From: Halocafeteria seosinensis
Lineage: Eukaryota
Direction: 5' to 3'
Length of the DNA stretch: 36,268 bases
NCBI GenBank assembly: GCA_001687465.1
Contig: LVLI01000191.1
Span: 1 to 36,268, forward strand
This document shows, in pieces, positions 21,488 through 34,949 of this stretch. The stretch's first letter is position 1, and each line of letters starts with the position of its first letter. The notes under the pieces are model-generated. The model made no database searches and was not told where the DNA came from. It was given only the letters and a program-made list of their open reading frames with translations. Both the position numbers and the translations under genes were made by a program.

Positions 21488-22110
21488 TATTATGCCTCAG
21501 ATACCTCGAATGCACCCAATGCGCTGCTTAACGGCTGCGGAACACCGATGCCGTCCTTGTTTGGCTCCAGTAGACGCTTTCAATACACGATTGATATCCA
21601 TACTAAGCGGACGAATAGGAACTATTCCAAATATACTGTGTTGAGTGAATGTGCATTATATCTGGTAAGTGCTCGAAGGAAACACAGAACGCGCTCAGCT
21701 CAACTTCACAATTTCCTGCGAATTCATCCTGTAAATTGCAATTTGGAATACAGACTATTATATACTAACACCTGCACGAATTGGGAGACCCCTGTAATAT
21801 TGTTGCATTTGCAAACACTTTTTCTCGTAGAAAAGGGTGCTTAATGAAAACGTCGCATTAAGGAGGGTTGGTTAGGGGTTTCTGCACTTCTGTCATACCG
21901 GGTACCGCTGGTATGTGGATTCCAAGGAACTGAAGAAAGTCTACAAAACAGCAGAGAAAGCCGAGTGTATGCCTTTTGATAGGGCTTGAATGGGGTCCTT
22001 GATGTTCTAATAGTAGTGCAACTAGATACTATCTTCATGTGCAAAAGGAGCTCACTATGCCACCGTCCTCGTGTTTGTATACGACTATCTAGGAAGAATG
22101 CTATCATACA

Positions 22111-22250
22111 TGTATGGCTTACGTATTTCGTGTGATTCAGCGTATGAAACGTCTCACCCTAACCCTAAGACAATACTGCATTCCGCTGTAGAGCTTCTGC
22201 AGCAATGAGTTCTTCACGTGTTGCATGTCATACAGGTGCTGTGTTTTTTT
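22111..22250 (+). ncRNA. Candidate telomerase RNA core (template ACCCUAACCCUAA at 22156-22168); true 5' and 3' ends uncertain
   Basis: Template complementary to (TTAGGG)n. Hairpin 22121-22152 lies just 5' of it, a pseudoknot at 22176-22213 lies 3' of it, helix 22111-22118/22227-22234 closes the domain, and T7 follows at 22244-22250. Located in a long intergenic gap. Confidence 0.6.
22244..22250 (+). terminator. Possible RNA polymerase III terminator (T7)
   Basis: TTTTTTT begins 10 nt after the 3' strand of the putative closing helix. Confidence 0.4.
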
Positions 22251-22574
22251 ACCCACTCTTATTCATTCACAATAAAAGCAAACACCTGTTAAATTTAAAC
22301 AGCAATGACTTTGACCCACAATTATCCCTTGTTAGAGACTTTCGAAGCTAGAACAGGGTAGGTGTGATTCATTGAACACCGTGTGAACCAGGCGTTTGGT
22401 CCGTTGGCGCCAAACTTTCCGCCGATAATGAGTGCGCACTGCCCACTAGCCTAGTGGCACTAGGTCTATTTTCGTTGCTTGGAGGAATTGCTTTAAGTAG
22501 TGTCTCCTTGTTATCTGATGCAACATCTGTTGCATACATTGAGTGTCTCCCATGAGTGACCTTTCGCGCTTAGG

Positions 22575-25500
22575 ATGAATACCAGTCCCATAAGGAAAGA
22601 CAAACCGACCCACAGTCCAAGCTTTTCTCAAGACGAGGTACTTGGAAAATATGGACCTCCAAGAAAAGCGTACTTTGATGACGACGTCAGATGGGTGGAG
22701 AGGTGGAAAACATTCGCTCCAGAGCTCCACGGGCTGGCAACCGACTTCAAAAAGCAAACTGAGATCATTCGAAGAAATCAACGAAGGGATGCAGGAGAGG
22801 AAAGACTACGCAAAAAGGGACTAGTGAAGCGAGAAAGTCCATATAAGACATTGCAATGGGTGGCTAAAGTGAAAAACACAAAGGCGGAGAAGTTTGCTTC
22901 GAGAAAATTTCATTTTTCTCCTGGTTTCTCGATAGATGAACAGACCGGCCCAGTAAGTCTTCGCTCGGGAAGCATTATTAATTGAATGATCAATTCCACT
23001 CTTCTTTGCTGTCCTGTTCAGATATGGAACCTCTTTGTACCTCCGTCGGTGGCCCAGAGAGAACGGAAAAAGATGGTGTGTGGGAATGTAACGTTGCGGA
23101 ATTGCCAACACCGTTGATCGATATGATATTCTTGTCATGCAGAAAGCCGATAAAGTAGCCATGGGAGTTAAGAGCCTTCAAGAGATTCTTCGAATCCATC
23201 GGGTTAATGCAAGAGTGCCTGATGGCTTTTCGTTGGAAATGCAACTGTCCATATTGCAAGAAAGGTACAAGCAATGGAGACAGAGAGAAGCCCGGAAAAA
23301 TGTCTTCACTCACTTTGAAACCAGCGACAAGAGGCTATACTGGTCAAAGCAGTATCGCACAAAGAGATTACTGCGTCGTTTAGAACTAGGCCTAATGGAG
23401 CAAAATTTTGATGAAGTAGTGATTGCGTGGGAAATGGGCGCTCCGAGGAAGTACATGACTCGCAGAGGTGACACTCCAATTACGGCCATGATTAAAGCGA
23501 AAGCGCATACCCATTTGCCGTTGGCGATTCGATTGGGGTGTGATATTGAACAAAGGGACTTCAACGGAACAACCCCACTAACCCTTGCAGCTCTGCTTAA
23601 CGACCCAGAAACCACGAAGATCTTAATTGACTCTGGCGCAAACGTAAATTCTCTTTCTTGTTTAAGCTACTCGGGGGAAACGGTGAGTCCATTAATGGTC
23701 GCTTCTGCTAACGGTAAAAGCGCACTGAAAGTGGTAGTTGCACTGCTTGAGGCAAACGCTGACGTCAATTTATGCGATAACCGAGGCCGCACTGCCTTAA
23801 TGTATGCTTGTAGATTCAGGTCACAGGGGGTCATCCCACTACTTTTGAGTGAAGGAGCTAACCCAGCACAGGTAGACTTTAGTGGATTCAGCTGCTTTGA
23901 GTGGGTTAGGTGTGCAGCCGCCGAGCGGAAAAAGCGAAAACAGGAGCAGCTTAGTGCAGGAAGCACAGTAAAGAGTGAAGTGACCGCCGTTTCGGAATAC
24001 GCGGTTCCTCTGGATGCGCTTGAATTCCAAATAATGCAAGCACTTCTGTCTGCGGTTCAGAGTGCACTATTGTTTAAACATGTAGCCCAAGAGGAGTCCT
24101 CAGAGACAGCACCCTTCGGTGACATCGCGAAGCTGTTTGAGCAGGGACTTAGCGCTCATGAAGTTTTCAGTAAAATCCAAGATTCAGCAAACAGCAAGAA
24201 CACGGAAGACGCAGATCCCGCTTTAAATATTTGGAAATCTGCCTCTGACCAGCTCAAAAAGGGGACACTTAGCAAGAACTTCAGCAAAGCAACTGATGCT
24301 TTTATGGAGAGTGGTCTTGCGAGTAAGTTGGGTATATCGCAACCATCTGCTGGACACAGACTAGAACAACAGCACCGTGAATCGTTAGATCCTATTATCG
24401 CGCATGATGTAGTAGCAGATACTAACGCTGGTACTAACCTAGACCCAGGGAGAAATAACTCCACGCAGCTAGCAGTCTCTGGACAACACCAGCTACCTTT
24501 CCCACCAAAAAAGGCGGACTTGCCCGAGCATCAGCTCGATATTATTGTGCCGGAGGCAGAAGCATGGCCAAGTAGTCTGGAGTACTTGGAGCAATCCCTT
24601 GGAAAGGAACAGGGAAGCACGTGGCTAGGTTACACCAACAAGCGGAAAAAGAAGACCTCATCTTTGTCATTTGCGGCGCTGTTCTTGGCATCTCATAGTA
24701 GCGCGCTAGTTAGGCAACACGCTCGCCGTCAATTGGAGCTGGGCAGGGTACAAAGACTGGAACGACAGTACGATCCTCTACTGTTCGCCTCAGGGTTGGA
24801 AAGTTTACGAGAGCATCGTGCCCAGGAATTCTCGAGGCGCAAGAAAAGGGCCATAAGACGTCTGAGAATGGAGTTAGAAAAAAATAGGAGAGACAATGAG
24901 GCAGGATCAAAAGAGGATCGTACAAGTAGCGTAGACGATGGATTGAAACTTGTTTCGTCTGGAGCAGTTGACAGGAAGACCGAAGGAATCCTCGGCCGAA
25001 TAGCTGCCGATCTAGAGTTCGGAACATTCATTAATCAGCAATACGGAATAACCGGAGGATTTTACTCGGTGTCAGGAGAGATTGATAGCGACGAAGAAGA
25101 AAAACACGTGTTGAAGGGAGGCGAGAAGTGCGATTATAACCCGGAAGACGAAGCGCGCTTTGTTGATCTGAACACTCACCAAAAGCTCGGAACTCGTAGT
25201 GCCCTCTACCTAACTCAACAGGACTCTCATAGGCATCATCTCTTAAAACCACTACTTCCGAAAGGTCTAACAGAAGGAATACTAATTATGAGAGCTCAAC
25301 TTAGAATCCGCGAAGAGGCTGCTAGGGCGAGGGCAAAGAAAGGCACACTGGAAGTCAGCAACTCTTCGGAAACTCAAGAGCGGAATACAGTCGAAAGCGC
25401 TCAAGAGCTGCTTGTAGAAAAGAAAATGGCCAGAATGGATGCCAAGAATAGCAGCAAAAACTACAAGAGTAATCCATCCGGTATCGCTGCTCTCGAGAGG

Positions 25501-28500
25501 GTGAGAGATGCAAGGCAGCAAAAGCGTCGAAAGCAGGAAAACATGGATAAGTTAGTCGAGTTTCAGAAGGAGCAATCGTCGGAGCATACATGCTGGCCGA
25601 TGATTAGTGATCAAGTTTCCGGCCCACGTAAGACGGGAGCGAAATTGCTTAGAAAAGGCTCTAGTGTCTGGCGAAATCAAGTCGTTGGTGGTTACAGAAA
25701 CACTCGTTCGTTTTCTTTGGAGTCCAAGCCTTCTAAGGAAGCTATAGATACCTCCAACAGCTTGTCCAAAACGGATAGCTTCAGAGCTACGAAAACTGGT
25801 GAGCAGTTCGCTGCAGTGCCCTCAGCTATGAAGCAACATCGGGAAGAATTGTCTACCCAGGTCGCCAAGACCATTCGGTCCCAGCTTCCAGGGTTATTGA
25901 ATGACAAAGAAGCCCTATCCAAGCGGCGAGAGTTGGTTGTAAAGGCAGAGGAATCGGAAGAAGCGGAGAAAAAGCAATTTTCAATGCAGTCTATATTTAA
26001 CGGTAAAACGGAGAGCTCTGAGAGTACGTCGGCGCAAACAGCGCAGCAGCGATGGACGTTGACTGACAAAGTAGTGGACTCGTCAAGTGTTCGCACCGCC
26101 ACTGGGGGGCAGTTCAGAAACATTGCGGCCGAGAGGAAGTCCAAGATACTATTCGACAAGTCACAAGATGAAAAGCGAGAAGAAGACCGCAGAATGGCTA
26201 ATGAGCTTCTAGGCACAAAGAAAACAGAGCATTATTCCAAATTCTCCGACTTGGAGATTGTGAAACTGTATTTAGAAAAGCGTGACTTTGATCAAGCTGA
26301 AGAAATTTTAGAACGGGTGCTGAAGCTTCAACGAGAAAACCTTCCACCACTCCATCCCAGTATAGCGAAAACCCACGAACTCTATGGTAGATTATATCTC
26401 GCCAAAGGGCAATTCAGCGACGCGGCTGAGTTCTTGAGAGACACAATTTCGACGCTCAGGAAACAAGGGGAAAGCGTAGTAAAGGAGGAAGTGTTTGAAT
26501 TAAACATGCTTTTAATGGAAACCTTAAAACTAGCGGGTCAACTGCGCGAACTTCGTGAAGAACTAACCAAGTTTAACCAGGAGCACCGCTCAGCCCGCAC
26601 TCTGCAAGAGGTACAACCAGAATCCCACAAGATAGCTTCTTCGGCAATCATGAAACAACAGAGCCTCCTCATTGAAGAAGCGATAGCGAATGTGAATAGA
26701 CAAATAGATAGAGAGCAGATGGCAAGCGAGGACGGTTGGTACATGCTGCGATGCAACAATGCAAAGGCTCGGCTCTTGAGGCGGACACAACGAGCTAAGT
26801 ATATTGCAGAGCATACAGCCGTCTGGCAAACGTTTCAACGTGCTCTGTACGAGCGTTCCCATGGAGATATCCTTTGGGAGATAGTGGAAGATGATTTGAA
26901 GTATCGGACGCCAGAAGAGTTGGACAATATCGCTTCCAAGGGTGCGAACGAGCTGTTGGGGGACATCGAAAGGGAGCCCGAGAAGTTTGGTGCATCGGCA
27001 ACGGTCGACTCCGATGATTCGGAGGATGAACATACTGACTCTAGCGGGAGGACACACTTTTTGAAAATTAACGCATCTACCTATGAACTTGAAATTTTAC
27101 TGGGAGTGTCCAGATGGAAGTCCCTCGCCGTTCAGTACGCCAAACAATTTGGTATGGAAAAGGAGTTTATGTTCCTTTCGGCAGTCCAAGCCTTACGAAA
27201 ATTACGTACTGACAGACTCGTGCGGGCCACCGAAGAAGATATGGCGAGAGTACTTGTAGCCAGCTCAGATAAAGCGGGAAGCATTTACAAGAACTATATT
27301 GAGAGGGCCAGCTGGCTACATGTGATTCCAGTACATCTACGTCAGGCGGTAGTGGAAGCTATCAGCAGGGTACCTTTAGACACAACGCCTCTTGAAAAAT
27401 GCTATGCTTTGGTTTTCCATCAGATATTCGTGCCAATCTTTCAAGGACAGTTCTGGAACAGTAAGGTCGGGGAGCGTTACAAGCTGGAGAGAAGTCTGAC
27501 ATTGATGCTTCCCACCTGGCCGCTGTCCTTAATTGCTAAGATTGCTGCATCCCAAGACTTCATGAAGAAGATTACATTGATGCAAAAGGTTGTCCGGGGC
27601 CACCTTTTGCGAATCTCGAAAGAACTTGATATTGACAAAGTGTGTGGAAGGCTATCCAGCCGTTTTCCTGGACGGGTCGTTATGCTGAGGTACCTCACCG
27701 ACCAACGCAGACAAGCACGTGAGACCTACAGGGACAGACAGCTGCACCCTGGAGTGAATAAGAAATCTAAGAAGAAGCGTCGAGCACGCCGGGGGAGCAC
27801 GGGCGCTTCGGCATGGTTGGGAGGGATGTCGGACATTTACGAACAAACTAGAAGAAAAGCCAACGAGGAAACACCCGCTACGGAGCCAGAGCACTATGAA
27901 TGGGATTTATCTGGTTACGATGGAATCGATGAGTATGGATATCCATGGAGAATAGACGAGTATGGTTTCGTCAGCTACCTTGATCGTAGTGGTACCGAGT
28001 TCTACATGCAGGAAGACGGAAACTGCTACTTCCTTGATGCAGATAGTAATCCGGTTTATTTCCTTTCTCAGCCCCCAGCTCAAACAGCAGTGACTCAACA
28101 GCCTCTTGAGTATGAAATGAATGCCAACGGTTCAGGTGGATATCTAGAGATTGACGATACCAATGCAGAGGGGAACCACGTTTGGGGTGAGCAAGCGTCT
28201 CTATTTGAAAATGAGACTTACGACAACATGGGTGGTTCTCCATTTGCCAATGAGTTTCAAGAAAGTGAATATGCGCAAAATTCTCAGGATGAATTTTATG
28301 GACAGCTAAATGATCAAGGAGACTCCTTCGTAGGGTTTGCACCGTACAGTGAAGATGAATGCGCTTCTTCTGCATTTGAACTGTCTACAGGTGAACGCGA
28401 ATACGATTCAATGGACGAAGATTTCCAGGCTACCCAAATTCAGCGCGTAGTCAGGGGATTCTTCGCCAGACAGTACACACGCAGACTTCTTCAGTACGTG

Positions 28501-28605
28501 TACTCTAGCTTTTTCGATGATGCCAGCGGGCTGTATTATTATCAAAATAACTTCACCGGAGAAACGTCCTGGTATCCTCCAAGTTTTATTACTGTTCAGT
28601 GGTAG
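22575..28605 (+). CDS. Large multidomain protein: ankyrin repeats, degenerate B-box-like segment, TPRs, RGS-like domain, IQ motifs, C-terminal WW; exons 22575-22952, 23022-23075, 23143-28605
   Basis: Introns 22953-23021 and 23076-23142 link the 136-aa ORF to the 1822-aa ORF in phase. Motifs: GTTPLTLAA, GRTALMYAC (ankyrin); DQAEEILERVLKLQRENLPPLHPSIAKT (KLC-type TPR); EKEFMFLSAVQ..AGSIYKNYI..FWNS (RGS); IQRVVRGFFAR (IQ); GLYYYQNNFTGETSWYPP (WW). Confidence 0.85.
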
Positions 28606-29729
28606 CTGCTGGGGCTAGATTATCAAGGAGTTCTTTCACATTTTTTCGAGCGAGATCGTACGGAGTCTTGCCATCGCTGGGGCGGGCAGTGGACCAAGCA
28701 TCTACGATGAAAGAGGTCACCATTAGAGAGATGTTCGTAATAGTACTTACAAGTTCTTCGCGCTAAGATCAGCCGATTTCTTGTGTAGCGTCTTTATAGC
28801 TTTGCCGAAACCCAATTGGCAGACAAGGTGCTGCAGTAGCCAACAAATGCGTGTCGGCACAAGAGCAAAATAAACGTTGATAATCTTACCATCGGAGTAA
28901 ATCCTCTTTTGTCCTTGGGTGATACTTTTGCCCCTTTGTCTAGAAGAAAACCTATCGCTGAGTACTGCGAAGACGCCAGCGTGTAATACCAGTCAACGGT
29001 TTTATACCGAGACTAACAAACAAAGAGCAGCTTACGGAACCGACGGAGCTGGCAACGTGCAAAGGCGTCCAGCCAGATTGGTTCTGTGCATTAATATCTG
29101 CGCCACCTTCCAGCAGAATATTCATGATCGAAAAGGATCCTCTGCAAAGTATCCACTGTATATTGCCAAGGTCGGAATGTAAACAGACGTCCACGGTACT
29201 AACATTCTGGCAGCTGTATGTAAGGGCCTATTTCCTGAGGCGTTGGGGGAATTCACGAATGCTTCGGAATCGACAAGCAGGCGAACCAGGGCCTCCTCTC
29301 CAAATGCACAGGCGTAGTGTAAGGGTGTGGAGCCATCAGGCCTGAAGTTTCGTTAATGTTGAGTAAACAACCGACGCGATTAGTATAGCAACTGGCTACT
29401 TACGCTTGGCTTTCGACGTCTGCTCCCTGCTCAATGAGCCACTTTGCCACATCTACATGCCCATTCTGGGTAGCTCGAGCAAGAGCCGAAAAACCCATTT
29501 TGTCTTTACTACTTGGATCGAAAACTGTCTTTGCTGGCTTTGCTTCATCTGTCGCCGGCTGCGCCTTGCCTCGTTTCTTGGGCGTTGGTGGTGCTGGAGC
29601 ATGTTCTTTGGCATACTCTTTCAGGGAGCTTAGCCGCCCATAAGCAGCCATTTTAAAAGGGTCAGTACTCGCCATGGGTGAGGGTAGTACGGTGTCCTTG
29701 ACCTTATCCATATGCAGCAAGGACGTCAT
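28589..29729 (-). CDS. Small ankyrin-repeat protein; exons 29729-29404, 29341-29204, 29141-29036, 28964-28890, 28830-28751, 28676-28589
   Basis: Five GT-AG introns (29342-29403, 29142-29203, 28965-29035, 28831-28889, 28677-28750) give consecutive ankyrin repeats GFSALARA, GSTPLHYAC, GNRPLHTAA, GWTPLHVAS, GFTPMHLVC, GKTPYDLA. The start could instead be a downstream ATG such as 29675. Confidence 0.88.
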
Positions 29730-29974
29730 CGTTCTGGCTACAAAACGAGCTTTATTGCAGCGGACTCAGTTCTTTAGTTTCAACCCAAATAACATACTTT
29801 ACTTATATTTTAACTTGGCAAAAATACAACACGCTATCAATAGCACCTGGCAGAAAAAATATTTACATGTATCCTCAACACTTGTACAACCGTTTACCGA
29901 CACTTCACTTCAACCAACCAATAGCAGTAATCACTATGTACATTGAATGACCTACAAACTGCTCCAATGCAATG

Positions 29975-31644
29975 CTATGATTGATGTAAGGAGTCTTCAC
30001 TGAAGGATTGCAATTCGCGTCCTTCATTGGTAGTCATGATATCCTGTGCCTTTCCCCTTGTGTTCCTCAGCTTGGGGGACTGCTTCCTGACGGACTGTGG
30101 CAATGCGGGATTCAACGCTTGGCGACCATGACGACTCATTACCGTACTCCTGTGTTTGGAAGAGGAGCTGTACGTATTCGCTGTATCAACTTTCGGGGTG
30201 CCCCGACTGTGGCTAAGCCCCGAAGATTGAAGCTGTCGGTAGCTATTCTGAGACTTGACTCGCTCTCGTTCCAGGTCCTCGAACACGCGGTCTGTCTTGT
30301 TGCTTGAAATAAAGTAGGGTTGATGTGGATAACCTACTCGTTTTGTGATGTTTTCGGGTGCATTCTCAAACTCCCTAGTAGACCTAGCGAGCTTCCATGG
30401 TTCTTCAAATGAGCTGGATGATCGAATGGTCCTGTATGGTTTCAGGTCTTCAGGTCTTGAAGTAGGTCTATACGGCTGAGAGGAAATCTGCTGCAACTCG
30501 CTCAAACGTTTCTCCAATTTTTGCTTCTCTTTTTCAGCCTCGTAGGGACTCGATATACGGACGGTTTCAGAAGAACCGGCATACGATCGAGGACTCCGGT
30601 CAGACGTCTGGAACGCGCTCCCTGTGCGCAGCCCGCGAGTCCGCAGGTACCTCTTCACCCCCCTATGGAGGTGGTCCTCGATAGGAACGTTAAATGATGA
30701 GGGAATTTGGTCTGGGTGTTCTGCGTACTGCGGATTGAATACCCCACTTTGTGTTTTCGTGGACATCAAATGATGCAAATGCTGTGTAACTTTGTCAAAT
30801 TCCTCCATCGCTTTCTCCTCCTCGTTTACTAATTTATTCTGCAATAGACACAAGCATATGGAGGAAGTGGCGGCGAAACCTGCGAATGTATGATTCATGC
30901 ACAAACACTTACCTCTATTTGCTCTTGGAGACTGTCCCGTAATGATTTCCTTAGTTCTTCTCCCTTCTCCGTTACCTCAAAAATATACGATCGACGAGCA
31001 TAAAAGTCGTGTACATGTCTCCTTGAGCGATATCCTCTAAAAATCCTTTGAATCATGACAGCGCAAAGATGCCTGAAGTAAGCGAGGCGTTCCCTGTCCC
31101 GTGTAAGTATGATATCGTAACACTGTTTACGAGAGCTGAACCCTCTAAAACATCTTTGTATCTCCATGGCGGCGTAACTGTAAGAATGAGTCAAACACTC
31201 CAAGGGTAACACCTTGCTGAGCGGCTGCAAGAAGCCGATTTCCATCTACAAGCACATACCACTGAAGCAGAATCCTAGCGCGTACGACGGATCCTCTAAA
31301 GTGCCGCTGTATGGTGGTAGCAGCATCTTGTTCGACGTAGTGAAATTCCTCAGCTTCCCTGCAAGACAAAACCAATCTGTCATCCAGGAGCTGAAAAATC
31401 GTACAAAGAGCTATGAAGTTACAACGTACCTTAACCTTTGTTGGAGACTCTGCCGGAACTGCTCCGGTCCCGAGTTCCATAATTTAACAAAGTCAACAAC
31501 TTCTTCCGTCGCAGTATGCCCTCCTTCTCCTCGCCCGTGCCGTTGTCCTTGAACAGAATCTAAGCGCAGCCTGGAAACGTTCTGCTCGACGGAACTTGCA
31601 TCCTCCGGCTGCTGTGCCTCGGGAGCCTCCTTGGTCGCTGGCAT
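29975..31644 (-). CDS. SPATA17: SPATA17-like IQ-motif ciliary protein; exons 31644-31430, 31358-31260, 31177-30913, 30838-29975
   Basis: Introns 31359-31429, 31178-31259 and 30839-30912. Three IQ motifs (IQRHFRG, IQRCFRG, IQRIFRGYRSRR..HDFYARR.Y) and the family motif HLHHLMSTKTQSGVFNP. Confidence 0.85.
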
Positions 31645-31961
31645 GCTCTGGGCTACTCGTTAACGGTAAAGCCTGGTCGCGATGCTCATCAAGTTGAAGT
31701 TCGTTTATGCAGGGTTTTATGCGCATCAAACTAACAGACTGTATACTATCAAACGTGGAGGGACTATCAGTTGTAATTGCGGACGCACTTTGCCTGTTGT
31801 GGGGCATTGATTAACGACATTCAGCCTCACAAATGAGAAAATTGAAGTTCACAAGGGTACGACAAGTAGAACATTCTCTTGTATTGTTGATGCATGGGTG
31901 CATGATTGTCTCTTCGACTAGACGATAAGGTGAAATAGTCCATAAGACGTCCCCTGGTAAA

Positions 31962-34321
<2,360 letters not shown>

Positions 34322-34531
34322 GCAGAGCGCTGATTGTCATAACCGTTTAGACCGTCGAGAGGAGGTTCATATTTCTTGAAGTTTGCGATATCCACCCCTT
34401 CCGGGATTGGCTTTGTACAACAGGCACTAATAGCGTTATGAGAATACCGCAAACGTCGACCATTTGGTGGTGTCGCTGCTAAATTGTGGAGATAGCTGAC
34501 ATGCAAAAATGTACAATCATTCCGAGGGAAG

Positions 34532-34949
34532 CTACCTGCATGTTTCCAGGTAATCCATCACATAATTCTTTCGTTCGTCCAAGAACCAATACCACCAGCT
34601 GTGGGTAGCTGCGGCATTCTTATTAGTGACGGCGTCTGCTTCTTCGGCAGTAGCACGGCTCAAAGCGTGATACATGGATGATTCAATAGTAAGAGCTGTT
34701 TCATAGCATTCGAGTTGTCGTTTAAGCAGCTCTTTGTGGGATAATTCCTCCTGTGTCGGGGCACTGGCACTAGCGACCTCGGATGCAAGTACTTGAGGGG
34801 CAGGGGGGCCAGTCATGGCAGAACTCAAACTTCGAGGACTCTCGAACGCTCCACCGGGAAACGGATCCCGATCATTCTCCCTTGTCGAAAGTATATCTTC
34901 CCATTCAAGTGTACTAGCACTTCCCACCTGCTGTTCTTGACTGGCCATG
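34532..34949 (-). CDS. Hypothetical protein (MASQEQQVG..); 3' end probably spliced and unresolved
   Basis: About 140-codon open frame with protein-like composition, ending at CAG|GTAGC, a possible donor. Several acceptors at 34478-34497 give different endings. Confidence 0.45.

Noticed and set aside
21868..21880. GGTTAGGGG telomere-like word
   Set aside because: Little more than one repeat, expected by chance, and no TR-like structure was seen around it on the minus strand.
21841..22107. 88-aa minus-strand ORF in the large intergenic gap
   Set aside because: No recognisable motif or supporting exon structure; length is compatible with chance.
8578..28375. Numerous 60-175 aa antisense or alternate-frame ORFs inside the long genes
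   Set aside because: Shadow ORFs with no motifs, as expected opposite real coding sequence.
31949..31961. X-box-like GTCCCCTGGTAAA before TTLL9
   Set aside because: Imperfect match abutting the ATG, and RFX factors are not known from stramenopile-type lineages.
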